This document shows, piece after piece, positions 1 through 8,267 of a stretch of DNA of 64,000 nucleotides (the stretch's first letter is position 1; each line of letters starts with the position of its first letter). The stretch comes from a virus. The notes under the pieces are model-generated. The model did no database searches and had not been told where the DNA came from. It was given only the letters and a program-made list of their open reading frames with translations. Both the position numbers and the translations under genes were made by a program. The stretch lies in IMG/VR virus record IMGVR_UViG_3300022562_002256, positions 134,046 through 198,045 of that record; one strand, written 5' to 3'.

Positions 1-200
1 GCCCGGGTGGCCCAGTCGTATCGCCACAGCGCCTCCGACAGCGCCGATGCCCAATCTCCCGACTCGAAGTCAGCCGGTGATACCTCAGGGATCGGCGCTC
101 CCCAACACGTGTGGCATGGGACCGCCTCGGTGTTCATCCCGCACCCGCCGACGTCCTCGTCGCTGTACCCGCGCCCCTTGCATTCCCCGCACGCCTTCAC
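1..200 (-). CDS. small Cys-rich protein with DnaJ-like CxxCxGxG zinc finger (partial, runs off window)
   Basis: GTG at 200 overlaps NADAR stop (GTGA); translation MKACGECKGRG...CHTCWG. Confidence 0.5.
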   Translation of the reverse strand, partial: MKACGECKGRGYSDEDVGGCGMNTEAVPCHTCWGAPIPEVSPADFESGDWASALSEALWRYDWATR

Positions 201-802
201 GACACCACCCCGTAGCGCAGGATGCGCGCAATGCCGTCGGCGATGTATGTGTCGCACGTAGGACACCAGTGCTCTTGGCCCGAACACGGCTCGAGGTAGT
301 CGCCGTCGCACCCATCGAGGCAAGCACCCGGGTCGTGAAGCAAAATCGCCGCCACGGCGAGCTCGCGCCGCCTGCGCATGAGCAAGCGCCCGAGCATGTT
401 TTCGCCCGGCGCGGCGCAGTCGGTCCGGGCTCCGCACCGGCAGTCACCCCAAAAGTTGTCATGCCAGTCGTTGCCCTCGACGAGGATCTGATCTCCTGTG
501 GCGATCAGGCGCTGCGCGAGCGGCGAGCCTTGCTCGAACTTCGAGCGCAGGCAGTCGCGCATCACACCGACCTTGACCGCTTCCCAGTCGTGGCGGAGCG
601 GGAGCTTTCGCCCCTCGCGCTTGGCTTGTCCAGCGTTGAGGCTGCCGTAGCCGACCATGAATGGCTGCCTGAGCCTTGCCACAAGCGTCTTGGCCGCCTG
701 AAAGGCGTGCTCCACGCTGGGGTACTCTGCCCCCTCGAAAAACACACCGGTCTTGACGAAGTTCGACAAGAAGGCGTTGTCGCCCCGAAACGACTCGATC
801 AT
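197..802 (-). CDS. NADAR (YbiA/DUF1768) family ADP-ribosylhydrolase-like protein with Cys-rich C-terminal extension
   Basis: FLSNF, YPSVEHAFQAAK, W..VK..VM...LRSKF, L.ATG...LVEGN.W.D.FWG, GENMLGRLLM are NADAR family motifs. Confidence 0.9.
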   Translation of the reverse strand: MIESFRGDNAFLSNFVKTGVFFEGAEYPSVEHAFQAAKTLVARLRQPFMVGYGSLNAGQAKREGRKLPLRHDWEAVKVGVMRDCLRSKFEQGSPLAQRLIATGDQILVEGNDWHDNFWGDCRCGARTDCAAPGENMLGRLLMRRRRELAVAAILLHDPGACLDGCDGDYLEPCSGQEHWCPTCDTYIADGIARILRYGVVS

Positions 803-809
803 GTTCCAC

Positions 810-1070
810 CTACGCGCAATCATCCCCATGGCCCGAGCCCGGTTCCGTCGAGTCCTCCGGCGACCCGCCGTTTGCCCCCGCATACGCCTTATTCAAGGCG
901 TATGCTCGCTCATACTCGGGGTGCCCGGGACCGTATCCCGCTGGCTGATCGACGTGGGGCTTTTCACAGCGGCACCAGACAAAGTGACCGGCGATCCCAC
1001 ACGGGTCGCCAGCAGGATACGGGTTCGGGGGGCCGACGACACGAGCCATGGGCACAACAAATTTGGTCAC
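810..1070 (-). CDS. hypothetical protein
   Basis: GTG start with GAGGTG RBS, downstream of sigma54 motif at 1094-1109. Confidence 0.45.
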   Translation of the reverse strand: MTKFVVPMARVVGPPNPYPAGDPCGIAGHFVWCRCEKPHVDQPAGYGPGHPEYERAYALNKAYAGANGGSPEDSTEPGSGHGDDCA

Positions 1071-1093
1071 GGTATCACCTCAGCCTCGTTCCA

Positions 1094-1109
1094 TGCACAA
1101 ACCGTGCCG
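1094..1109 (-). promoter_or_regulatory. sigma54-type -24/-12 promoter motif
   Basis: CGGCACGGTTTGTGCA (GG-N10-GC), back-to-back with the motif at 1128. Confidence 0.6.
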
Positions 1110-1127
1110 CGACGGGGACAACGCCCC

Positions 1128-1143
1128 CGGCACGGCCGTTGCA
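1128..1143 (+). promoter_or_regulatory. sigma54-type promoter motif
   Basis: CGGCACGGCCGTTGCA; ATG 14 nt after the -12 C. Confidence 0.7.
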
Positions 1144-1155
1144 CGCTCCCGGGGC

Positions 1156-1974
1156 ATGACCACCGACACTCTCGCCGTCCGCGCCACCGCCCGAGAGCTC
1201 GTCGCCGTGTTTCAGGAGGCTGCCGCCACCGTGCGCACGTGTTTCGGCGCGCTGCATGCGGCTGAGGCGCGCCTCGCCGCCGCCTTCTCGATGGCGGATG
1301 GGTACGCGCGCATCCGGATCCCAGCGACCCGGTGCCACCACTCGGCCGAGTTCGACCGGGCTGAAGAGTCCATCGCCGAGATGGCCCGGGACGCGTGGCG
1401 CGCCATCGTCGACCGACTCGACCTGCGCCGCCTGCTGTCCGTGGCACGCTATGAGCAACTCCAGACCGAGTTGGAGAAGGGGGCGCTCCCCGAGCTGACC
1501 GAGGACGCTGTGGTCGCCTTCGTACGGCGCTACGTCGACCAGATCGAGGAGATGCACGACGAGGCTGTGGCCGAGGTGTTCGAGTTCCTGCGCCCCCGAA
1601 GTCTCGGGATGAAGCGCCTCAAGACCAACTCCGAGCTCGAGGTGCCAGCCAAGGTCATCCTGCGGTTGGTGGCGCGAGGTCCCATGGGGTACTGGCGGCT
1701 GCGTTATTGGAAGGTGGCACAAAACCTCATCGCCCTGGAAAACGTCCTCCACGCGCTTGATGGTCGTGGCATGGTGGCATCCAGCAGTCGGAGCGCCCTA
1801 CAAACCGCGATCGAGGAGACCACAACGGGGACCGGGGAGACCGACCTGTTCTCGTTTCGGTGCTGCGAGAACGGGAACCTTCACTTGCGCTTCAAGCGAC
1901 TCGACCTGCTCGCCCGGCTCAATGCAAAGGCGGGCGGCAAGCGGCTTCGGCCGCCGACAGCGCCCTGTGCGTAA
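1156..1974 (+). CDS. DUF4942 domain protein
   Basis: C-terminal GETDLFSFRCCENGNLHLRFKRLDLLARLN resembles the DUF4942 signature; AWRAIVDRLDL and VFEFLRP blocks also fit. Confidence 0.7.
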   Translation: MTTDTLAVRATARELVAVFQEAAATVRTCFGALHAAEARLAAAFSMADGYARIRIPATRCHHSAEFDRAEESIAEMARDAWRAIVDRLDLRRLLSVARYEQLQTELEKGALPELTEDAVVAFVRRYVDQIEEMHDEAVAEVFEFLRPRSLGMKRLKTNSELEVPAKVILRLVARGPMGYWRLRYWKVAQNLIALENVLHALDGRGMVASSSRSALQTAIEETTTGTGETDLFSFRCCENGNLHLRFKRLDLLARLNAKAGGKRLRPPTAPCA

Positions 1975-2021
1975 ATCGTGCGCCTTCCGCCGCAGAATTT
2001 GCCGCGGCGGCCGTTGGCAAG

Positions 2022-2783
2022 TCATGCCTCTGCACCGATCCGCACGACCGGCACCACGCACCGGGTCCGGGTCGCCTGGTGCCAATAGGGGGCGCGTGTC
2101 CCGTCCACACGCTCACACCACGACCCCGGTGCGAGCATGGCCGGGTCTGATATACCTCCGTCGCGCACCAAAGGGAGCGACCGCTGCGGCGCCCCCTTCC
2201 ACACCAGCGATCGGTCGGCGTCGAGCCGCGTGAACTCGTACCCAAGCACCGTCCCCAGCCCACGGTTGTGGTCCCGGCCGAGCCCGCCGATGAAGTCGAG
2301 CAGCGTGGCGACCTTGCCACGGTCGCCGAGCAGCGCGAAGTCCAGGTAGGGCGTGGTCAGCGTGGCCACGGGAATATTCAGGCTTTTCCCCCAGCCCCCC
2401 GAGATGCCCAACCGCTCGATCGCGTAGTGTTCCGCTCGCGCGCGCTTGCGGCGCCACCGTTTCGACTCGACGGCGCACCGTGCTGGCCAGCCCCACGACG
2501 CGTGCGCGATCGGCCAGCCCCCGATCACCGAGTCCGCCACGGGGATCGGGATGTCGATCTTCGGCGTGCCGGCCGGAATCTCGGCGAACACGTCGTCGGG
2601 CAGCCGGCCGGTGGCGTCAAGCACCACGGCGAATTGGATGGCGCCGTCGATGGTGATTGCGTCCCGTCCATCCCACGCAACCGGCGACGCCAGCCACACG
2701 CGCACCCGGAACGGCTCGACTCGGCTACAGCCCCACCGCGCGCGAGATCGGGTCACCCACGGGGGTTCGACCCAGCCGATCAC
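2022..2783 (-). CDS. csf3: type IV CRISPR-associated Csf3 (Cas5-group RAMP)
   Basis: N-terminal EPFRVRVWLASPV strand; GKSLNIPVATLTTPYLDF..LGD...V..LL..IGGLGRDHNRGLGTV Gly-rich loop; GTGA-coupled to csf2 stop. Confidence 0.8.
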   Translation of the reverse strand: MIGWVEPPWVTRSRARWGCSRVEPFRVRVWLASPVAWDGRDAITIDGAIQFAVVLDATGRLPDDVFAEIPAGTPKIDIPIPVADSVIGGWPIAHASWGWPARCAVESKRWRRKRARAEHYAIERLGISGGWGKSLNIPVATLTTPYLDFALLGDRGKVATLLDFIGGLGRDHNRGLGTVLGYEFTRLDADRSLVWKGAPQRSLPLVRDGGISDPAMLAPGSWCERVDGTRAPYWHQATRTRCVVPVVRIGAEA

Positions 2784-4339
2784 GACGCGGCACCCCCGTC
2801 GCCCTCGCGCCCGCTGCGGCGTCGTCGACCGGCCTTTACGGGCCCCTTGGCGGCGGGTGGGGCTACCCCCGCGTCGCGCCCGGTCGGCGCGGTTTTGGCG
2901 GCACTCTGGCGCCGGCCTGGCCGGTCCTCGAGCAACCACGCGCGCAGCTCATCCCGGTGTTCCGCCACCCACGCCTGGTACACGGTCGGTGGCGGCAGCG
3001 GTGGTGCACTCCCGCCCGGGACATAAGCGACGAACCCCACCGCACCGAGCCCCCGGGCGTTCGCGGCGCCGACAAACCCGTCCTGCTGGAATTCTACGAG
3101 CAGATCGGCCATGCACGCCCCGGCCACCTCGCTCACGCCGTCCAGGCCGATGAGCTGAAATCTGTGCACCAACTGCACACCGGGGATGAGCACCTCCGTG
3201 TTGACCAGCATCTGCACGCCCTTGCAGTCCTCGATGTCCCGGTGGGCGTGGTGCGTCAGAAGTCTGAGTTGCGTGAGTGTGTCGGCCGGCTTCAGCGACG
3301 CCGTGAATTCGGGCAGCGTCATCGCGGCGCCATCGCGCGTCTTGGGCTGCAAGAGCGCATGCACCATCCACGCGTTCTCGCGGCACAGCAGGATCACGTC
3401 ATGCACCCGGAGCAGCCCTCGCATGATCTGCCCATCAACAACCCCCGCGAACAAGTCCCACGCGGGGCATACCGCGCGAGCACGCCGCCGAACCGCCACG
3501 TCCACCGCATCGCCGTCCGCCCCCGCCTCAATGGTTCCGCCCGACAGCAGCGCGTGGGCCCGGGGCGCCGGCAAGTCCTGTGCGGTCAACCCGACAAGCT
3601 GCAGCATGCGCCCCATGATGATGTCACGCCAGCATCCGCGGACCGCGTTGCCCGACACCAGCGGCACGATCGCGATCTCGCCTGTAACGGGTGACACCAC
3701 GCGCTGTCGCCGAAACATGGTCACGTTGCCGCTCTTCTCGTCGTGACCATGAGCCATGGGGGCGACCAGCGTCCACACGGCGGTGTATGCCCGGGGTGTG
3801 AGCAGGTCACCTGGCACCTCTGCGGTCCACGTCTCGGCACTGGCGGAGGCATCGGCCCACGGGGTGAACAACGCCTCCTCTCCGTCGACCGGCGGCGCCG
3901 TTGCGAAGGTGGCGAACAGCGCGGGGCTCTCCGTCACCGCAAGCCGGAGCGCATCGAAATCAATCGCTTTGCACACCGCTGTCCAGGAGACGGCTGCCGT
4001 GGTCTCGTCCGCCTCGGGATGCTCAATCTCCAGCACGCCCGCCGGCACGAGCAACCGCGGGATGAGCACGTACACCGGCCGGGCCGTGATCTCCTTGCCT
4101 TCGTCGTTCTCAAAAGTCCCGCCCGTCTCATTTATGCTGAACCGCTGGCACAGCATCCGGGTGAACTCAAGCGTCGACCGCGCGCTGGTCACCATGGGCA
4201 CAAGGGCGTCGCGTAGTTCCTCGCTGATGTTGCGGCGGCGCCGCCGAGGAATGCCCTCCCAATCGACGCGGCGCCACAGTGCCCGGAGCAGGTAGGCCAT
4301 GAGTGCGGTCGCGGCATGAATCGCAGGCGGTGTCGTCAT
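2780..4339 (-). CDS. csf2: type IV Csf2 (Cas7) with N-terminal Cas11/small-subunit-like helical domain fused in frame
   Basis: TLVAPMAHG, GNVTMFRRQRV, VPLVSGNAVRG.WRD, LLSGG, P.WDLFAG, QMLVNTEVLIPG, FVGAANARGLGAV are Csf2 motifs; N-terminal ~170 aa is helical (LWRRVDW..LEFTRMLCQRF); GAGGA RBS before ATG 4339. Confidence 0.85.
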   Translation of the reverse strand: MTTPPAIHAATALMAYLLRALWRRVDWEGIPRRRRRNISEELRDALVPMVTSARSTLEFTRMLCQRFSINETGGTFENDEGKEITARPVYVLIPRLLVPAGVLEIEHPEADETTAAVSWTAVCKAIDFDALRLAVTESPALFATFATAPPVDGEEALFTPWADASASAETWTAEVPGDLLTPRAYTAVWTLVAPMAHGHDEKSGNVTMFRRQRVVSPVTGEIAIVPLVSGNAVRGCWRDIIMGRMLQLVGLTAQDLPAPRAHALLSGGTIEAGADGDAVDVAVRRRARAVCPAWDLFAGVVDGQIMRGLLRVHDVILLCRENAWMVHALLQPKTRDGAAMTLPEFTASLKPADTLTQLRLLTHHAHRDIEDCKGVQMLVNTEVLIPGVQLVHRFQLIGLDGVSEVAGACMADLLVEFQQDGFVGAANARGLGAVGFVAYVPGGSAPPLPPPTVYQAWVAEHRDELRAWLLEDRPGRRQSAAKTAPTGRDAGVAPPAAKGPVKAGRRRRSGREGDGGAAS

Positions 4340-4397
4340 TCGGTCGTGTCCTCTTCGTTCTGTCCGTGTTTCGTGGCGAGGTCGACCCGCCGCTTCT

Positions 4398-4426
4398 ATT
4401 GTAACACATCCCGCGACGGGTGTGAG
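4398..4426 (-). promoter_or_regulatory. sigma70-like promoter for the csf2-csf3 operon
   Basis: CTCACA-N17-TACAAT with extended -10 TG, ~60 nt upstream of csf2 ATG. Confidence 0.5.
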
Positions 4427-4446
4427 GCGGCTGCACACCGGCGCGA

Positions 4447-4462
4447 TGGCACGATGCATGCA
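4447..4462 (+). promoter_or_regulatory. sigma54-type promoter motif
   Basis: TGGCACGATGCATGCA upstream of ORF 4500 and the cysH-like gene. Confidence 0.65.
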
Positions 4463-4499
4463 TGTGGATGCGCCCGGGGGGGGGGGAGGACCAACCGCG

Positions 4500-4730
4500 A
4501 TGAGACGACGTGTCATTGTCGACCCGTACACGCCCGGTAGACACGTCAATGCGATGACCATCGACGATGACACGGGCAAGCGAATTTTCGTCTTCCCCCG
4601 CCCCGGCAGCGTGGTCGTAGGTGTCTGTGAGCGCAAGAAGGCAGCGAGCGTTCTCCTACGAGTCGAGGAGGTTGACGACCTCCTCGCCGCCCTGCGTGAC
4701 GCGAGCGCCGTGGCAGGAGGCAAACCGTGA
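4500..4730 (+). CDS. hypothetical protein
   Basis: GGAGGA RBS, 76 aa, follows a G11 tract. Confidence 0.6.
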   Translation: MRRRVIVDPYTPGRHVNAMTIDDDTGKRIFVFPRPGSVVVGVCERKKAASVLLRVEEVDDLLAALRDASAVAGGKP

Positions 4731-4874
4731 CGCGCGCGAGGGTCGCCGTCCCTGACGCGCTGGGACGCCAACGATGGTAAGCGTCTTCTAGACGGGCAGT
4801 CCGTCGCGTGGACAGCAAAACCATGGGTCTGGGCGCTGACATACTCGGTGGTCCGATGACGTCGGATGCGGGGC

Positions 4875-5834
4875 ATGGCTGACCGCTCCCGGTTCGAGTC
4901 GACGTGCCCGTGCCCCGCGTGCGGCGGGTGCGCATGCCGGTGGCTGCTGCGTATGCCCGCTACCGTGTGCCAGTCTGTGCCACGATGTGCCTGCTCACGA
5001 GGGTTGGCTGCCGACGAGCCTGTCCTGTGGCCCACCGACGTCGCTGCGTGGGCCCGGTGGATGGCCGCGGCCCGCATCCATGCCCGCTCGGTGGCTCACC
5101 GCCGCGTTGTCGAGCAGGCACGGCGGGCGGTGGACCAGGCGCTTGTCGGCGCGTCGACGGCATGCGTGATGGTGAGCGCAGGAAAGGACTCGACCATCCT
5201 CGCGCACGTGGTGACGGCGTTGATGGGGCGGCACGACGTGACGTTGGTGTCCGAAAAAGATGACCTCGACTACCCGGGGGAGGAGGAGTACCTGCGGCTC
5301 CTCGCCGCGGAGTGGGGGGCAACGCTCCGCGTCGTACGGCCGCGCGTATCTCCAGCCGAATGGATTCGATCGCGAGGAGCCACACGCGCTCACCGGGCCG
5401 CGGATGACATCCACTCACGCGCGGCTGGGCTGAGCAAGGCGTGCTTTTATCGCGTGGTCGAGGCGGTCAACGCCGAGTACGATGTCGTGATGCTCGGTCT
5501 CCGTGCGCAGGAGAGCACGGTTCGACGAATCGTAAGGCACAGGCGGGGGCTGGTCTACACGCTCGCGTCGGGGCAGCGCCGGGCCAACCCGCTGTTCGAT
5601 TGGCGAGGGCTTGACCTCTACGCCTACGCCGAGAGCCACAGCATCCCCCTGCTGCCGCTCTATCGGTGCATCGCGTTCATGCACGAGCGCCGGCCGTGGG
5701 ACGTGCGTAAGGCGTGGTGGCTCCCCGGGGGCCATTCTACACGCAACGGCGGAGTCGCGTGGCTCAAGCACTACTTCCCCACACTGTATGATCAACTTTG
5801 CGAATGGATCCCAGGCGCGCCCGCCTATCGGTGA
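4875..5834 (+). CDS. cysH: CysH-like (PAPS reductase / PP-loop) protein of the type IV-B-associated kind, with Cys-rich N-terminal extension
   Basis: SAGKDS PP-loop, KDDLDYPGE, GLRAQES..RR, ANPLFDW...DLYAY....IPLLPLY; no C-terminal ECGLH of true CysH; adjacent to csf2/csf3. Confidence 0.85.
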   Translation: MADRSRFESTCPCPACGGCACRWLLRMPATVCQSVPRCACSRGLAADEPVLWPTDVAAWARWMAAARIHARSVAHRRVVEQARRAVDQALVGASTACVMVSAGKDSTILAHVVTALMGRHDVTLVSEKDDLDYPGEEEYLRLLAAEWGATLRVVRPRVSPAEWIRSRGATRAHRAADDIHSRAAGLSKACFYRVVEAVNAEYDVVMLGLRAQESTVRRIVRHRRGLVYTLASGQRRANPLFDWRGLDLYAYAESHSIPLLPLYRCIAFMHERRPWDVRKAWWLPGGHSTRNGGVAWLKHYFPTLYDQLCEWIPGAPAYR

Positions 5835-6068
5835 GTCATCCCCCCTCTTGCGCTGGCTGTGGGGTGGGTTGCACATCAGTTTATGTGGCGGGTGTGGAGC
5901 GGGGGGGTAGGCGGCGCAAGGCTTGCGCCGAACCGGCAGAATTTACCTGCGCCGATCCGGCACGATTTCCCAAACGACACGACACCCACGCGACGCACAC
6001 GTGGCGTAGCGCACGAAAGTCTTGCGCGCCTATTTGGGCACGCGCGCAAGAAAACGAGGGCCGGAGTG

Positions 6069-6084
6069 TGGCACGGGCAATGCA
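6069..6084 (+). promoter_or_regulatory. sigma54-type promoter motif
   Basis: TGGCACGGGCAATGCA; ATG at 6098 opens only a 17-aa ORF. Confidence 0.6.
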
Positions 6085-6123
6085 AGAGTGCTTAGGCATG
6101 ACCACGGCGAATCCATCTTCGCC

Positions 6124-6759
6124 TCACTCGATTGTATCGGCAGAAACTTGACTGTATTGGTAGACCACATCGGCAAGATCAAACCGCCACCTTGCCACCA
6201 TCTTGCGCCCGGGCGCCCCGTGGGTGGGCCACCTTGCTTCTGGCATCCCGGAGTCGCCTATCACCACCTCGGGCATCACCCACCGCATCCCCGCTGCGAG
6301 CACGGCGTCCTCGAGCGCCACCATGTCGTTCGCCCACGCCCGCAACACATCGTTCGGAAGGCGGTCCCACCGCGTGTCGTACCACACAAACCCGCCTCTT
6401 GTCGTACAGTGGACACCCTTCAATCGGAGGGCGTATCGCTCCGCTCGCTCTGACATCGGCGTTCTCACGCTTCTGTACCCCAGGGCATCCTGCCCGGCAT
6501 CGCGCCATGTCGGGCCAGTGGCATCGGCGTCGCCAAGGGCAAGCCACTCATCGGGTCTCCCAGACCGAACGCCGTGCCACACGCCGTGACCATCCTTATC
6601 GACCACGAGCGGGCGCCATTCCTCATTCAACGTCATGTGGGCGTTGCACCTTATCCGCTCGACGCGAAGCCACTCACACTCGGGCCGGTAGAGGCGCACG
6701 TCGGAACGCCCACACACGCTGCACGCGTACCTGTGGTAGTATCGGTTACCGCTGGTCAT
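6124..6759 (-). CDS. hypothetical protein with N-terminal CxxC
   Basis: ATGA-coupled to upstream ORF; YACSVCGR. Confidence 0.55.
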   Translation of the reverse strand: MTSGNRYYHRYACSVCGRSDVRLYRPECEWLRVERIRCNAHMTLNEEWRPLVVDKDGHGVWHGVRSGRPDEWLALGDADATGPTWRDAGQDALGYRSVRTPMSERAERYALRLKGVHCTTRGGFVWYDTRWDRLPNDVLRAWANDMVALEDAVLAAGMRWVMPEVVIGDSGMPEARWPTHGAPGRKMVARWRFDLADVVYQYSQVSADTIE

Positions 6760-6986
6760 GTCGGCCTCGCCCACCACTCCGTCTTGCACGTTGTGCAGAC
6801 CAACCACTCCACGACATTGGCACACCGGCGCCACGCGTGGCACACACTGCACCACTTTTCCACGACCGTCGTCTCCGTCGCATACAAAGGGGTGCTGATA
6901 ACCACCCCTTGCATGGTCACAAGATCGACGGGCGCTCCAGTCAAGCGCTCGACGCGTCGATTCCGTTCTTCCCCGTGGGTGTGCAT
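6756..6986 (-). CDS. small zinc-ribbon protein
   Basis: CSVC...CTTC; ATG 14 nt after sigma54 -12 element. Confidence 0.6.
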   Translation of the reverse strand: MHTHGEERNRRVERLTGAPVDLVTMQGVVISTPLYATETTVVEKWCSVCHAWRRCANVVEWLVCTTCKTEWWARPT

Positions 6987-6998
6987 GCCAGCCATCAA

Positions 6999-7014
6999 TG
7001 CACATACCGTGCCA
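6999..7014 (-). promoter_or_regulatory. sigma54-type promoter motif
   Basis: TGGCACGGTATGTGCA. Confidence 0.7.
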
Positions 7015-7192
7015 ACGGTGAGCGGCGGCGTTCTCTTCCGCCGCGGGCTGTGTAGAACCGCCTTCCACCGCCATAGCCCATCTGTTATGCAATTTGTGCG
7101 CGCCGCGGCGGTAATTTTTACGCGCCGACTACTCGGCCTTCTGGGTGCTACGATCTGCTACCCCTCCGCCGCCCTACGCATCACGACGTAAG

Positions 7193-7672
7193 TCACGTCG
7201 TGCATAAGTTGCGGGGGTCGCCGGTGTCTCGCATGCCACGCCGCAGTTTGGTCAGCTCGGCGTGGACCGAGTAGGGCGTCACCTGCCGGTCCACCCAGTC
7301 TCGCAACGCCGCCTCGTATGCCCACCGCTTGCCCCCCCGCGCCTTCAGCAGCGGCACTGGATCGTGATCCCGGAGCGCCAACCGTCCGACCTCTGACTCG
7401 CTCATGCCGAGCACATGGGCAATGTCACGGCGCCCATGCACACGCGCCAGGGCGGTCCCGTCCGCGAGCACGCCACCGTTGAACGTGCGGGCCTTCCACT
7501 CGTCGAGCGCGCCCGGCTTTGCCCACGGCTGTCCCCGAACCGCCATCACCGGCAGCGGGTCGACGCGCCTACGCGCGTAAGCCAACACCGTGTCGGGGCA
7601 CGACACGACGGCCAACCGGCGCGCTATGGCCTTCCAGCCGATGAGAGGGGGCGCCGATGGGGCTGTCAGCAC
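7193..7672 (-). CDS. tandem excisionase/AlpA-like helix-turn-helix protein
   Basis: two related units LIGWKAIARRL..S.DTV..YA.R..DPLPV....W and VHGRRDIAHVLGMS.SEV.RLA.R..DPVPL....W. Confidence 0.6.
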   Translation of the reverse strand: MLTAPSAPPLIGWKAIARRLAVVSCPDTVLAYARRRVDPLPVMAVRGQPWAKPGALDEWKARTFNGGVLADGTALARVHGRRDIAHVLGMSESEVGRLALRDHDPVPLLKARGGKRWAYEAALRDWVDRQVTPYSVHAELTKLRRGMRDTGDPRNLCTT

Positions 7673-8217
7673 GGCGGGCCACACCAGCCCCACCACAGGC
7701 TGATGAACATGTCGGCCGCCGCCGACAACGCCGCGTCGTGATCCTCGTAGATGCCGGTCACACGGTCGGGTTCGTCTTGCATGCGCACGATGCCGACGTG
7801 GCCGCCGCGGCAGAGCCCCGTCGTCGGGTATGGCCCATTGGGGAGCGCCTCCGTTATGGCCCACGCAGCCCGCTGCATAGGCGACAGATCCGCCCATGCC
7901 ACGCAGTGCGGATTCCCACCACACGCGGCGGCGTACGTCTGTTCGCCGGCTGACGGTGCCGAGTTGTCCACCGGCGCTGGAGGAGACTCACTCGCGTCCC
8001 AGCGCTCGACTATCGCGCCGGTGCCGGTGACATCGCGCATGCCCACCGCGCAGTCCAGAAATTCCCCCCCAGCGATTTCGCGCGCGCGCACGCCATGGGC
8101 GGTGTGGCCCCCACAGAACAGCAATACCGTGCTTTCCGCCAGCCCGTCAACCACGCGGCGCCGCCAATAGAGCCGCCCCGGCGTGGGCCGCCACGCCGCA
8201 TCAATCACATCGCCCAT
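7666..8217 (-). CDS. hypothetical protein
   Basis: GGAGGAG RBS, downstream of sigma54 motif at 8248. Confidence 0.6.
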   Translation of the reverse strand: MGDVIDAAWRPTPGRLYWRRRVVDGLAESTVLLFCGGHTAHGVRAREIAGGEFLDCAVGMRDVTGTGAIVERWDASESPPAPVDNSAPSAGEQTYAAACGGNPHCVAWADLSPMQRAAWAITEALPNGPYPTTGLCRGGHVGIVRMQDEPDRVTGIYEDHDAALSAAADMFISLWWGWCGPPC

Positions 8218-8247
8218 GTGCTTGCTCCTCCGCGAGCGCCCCCCACA

Positions 8248-8263
8248 TGCACGCCGTGTGCCA
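8248..8263 (-). promoter_or_regulatory. sigma54-type promoter motif
   Basis: TGGCACACGGCGTGCA. Confidence 0.7.
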
Positions 8264-8267
8264 GCAC

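Noticed and set aside
4340-5077. N-terminal 245 aa of the 765-aa ORF as part of Csf2 or as Csf1
   Set aside because: Low-complexity Arg/Pro-rich read-through that overlaps the plus-strand genes; the RBS and promoter point to ATG 4339.
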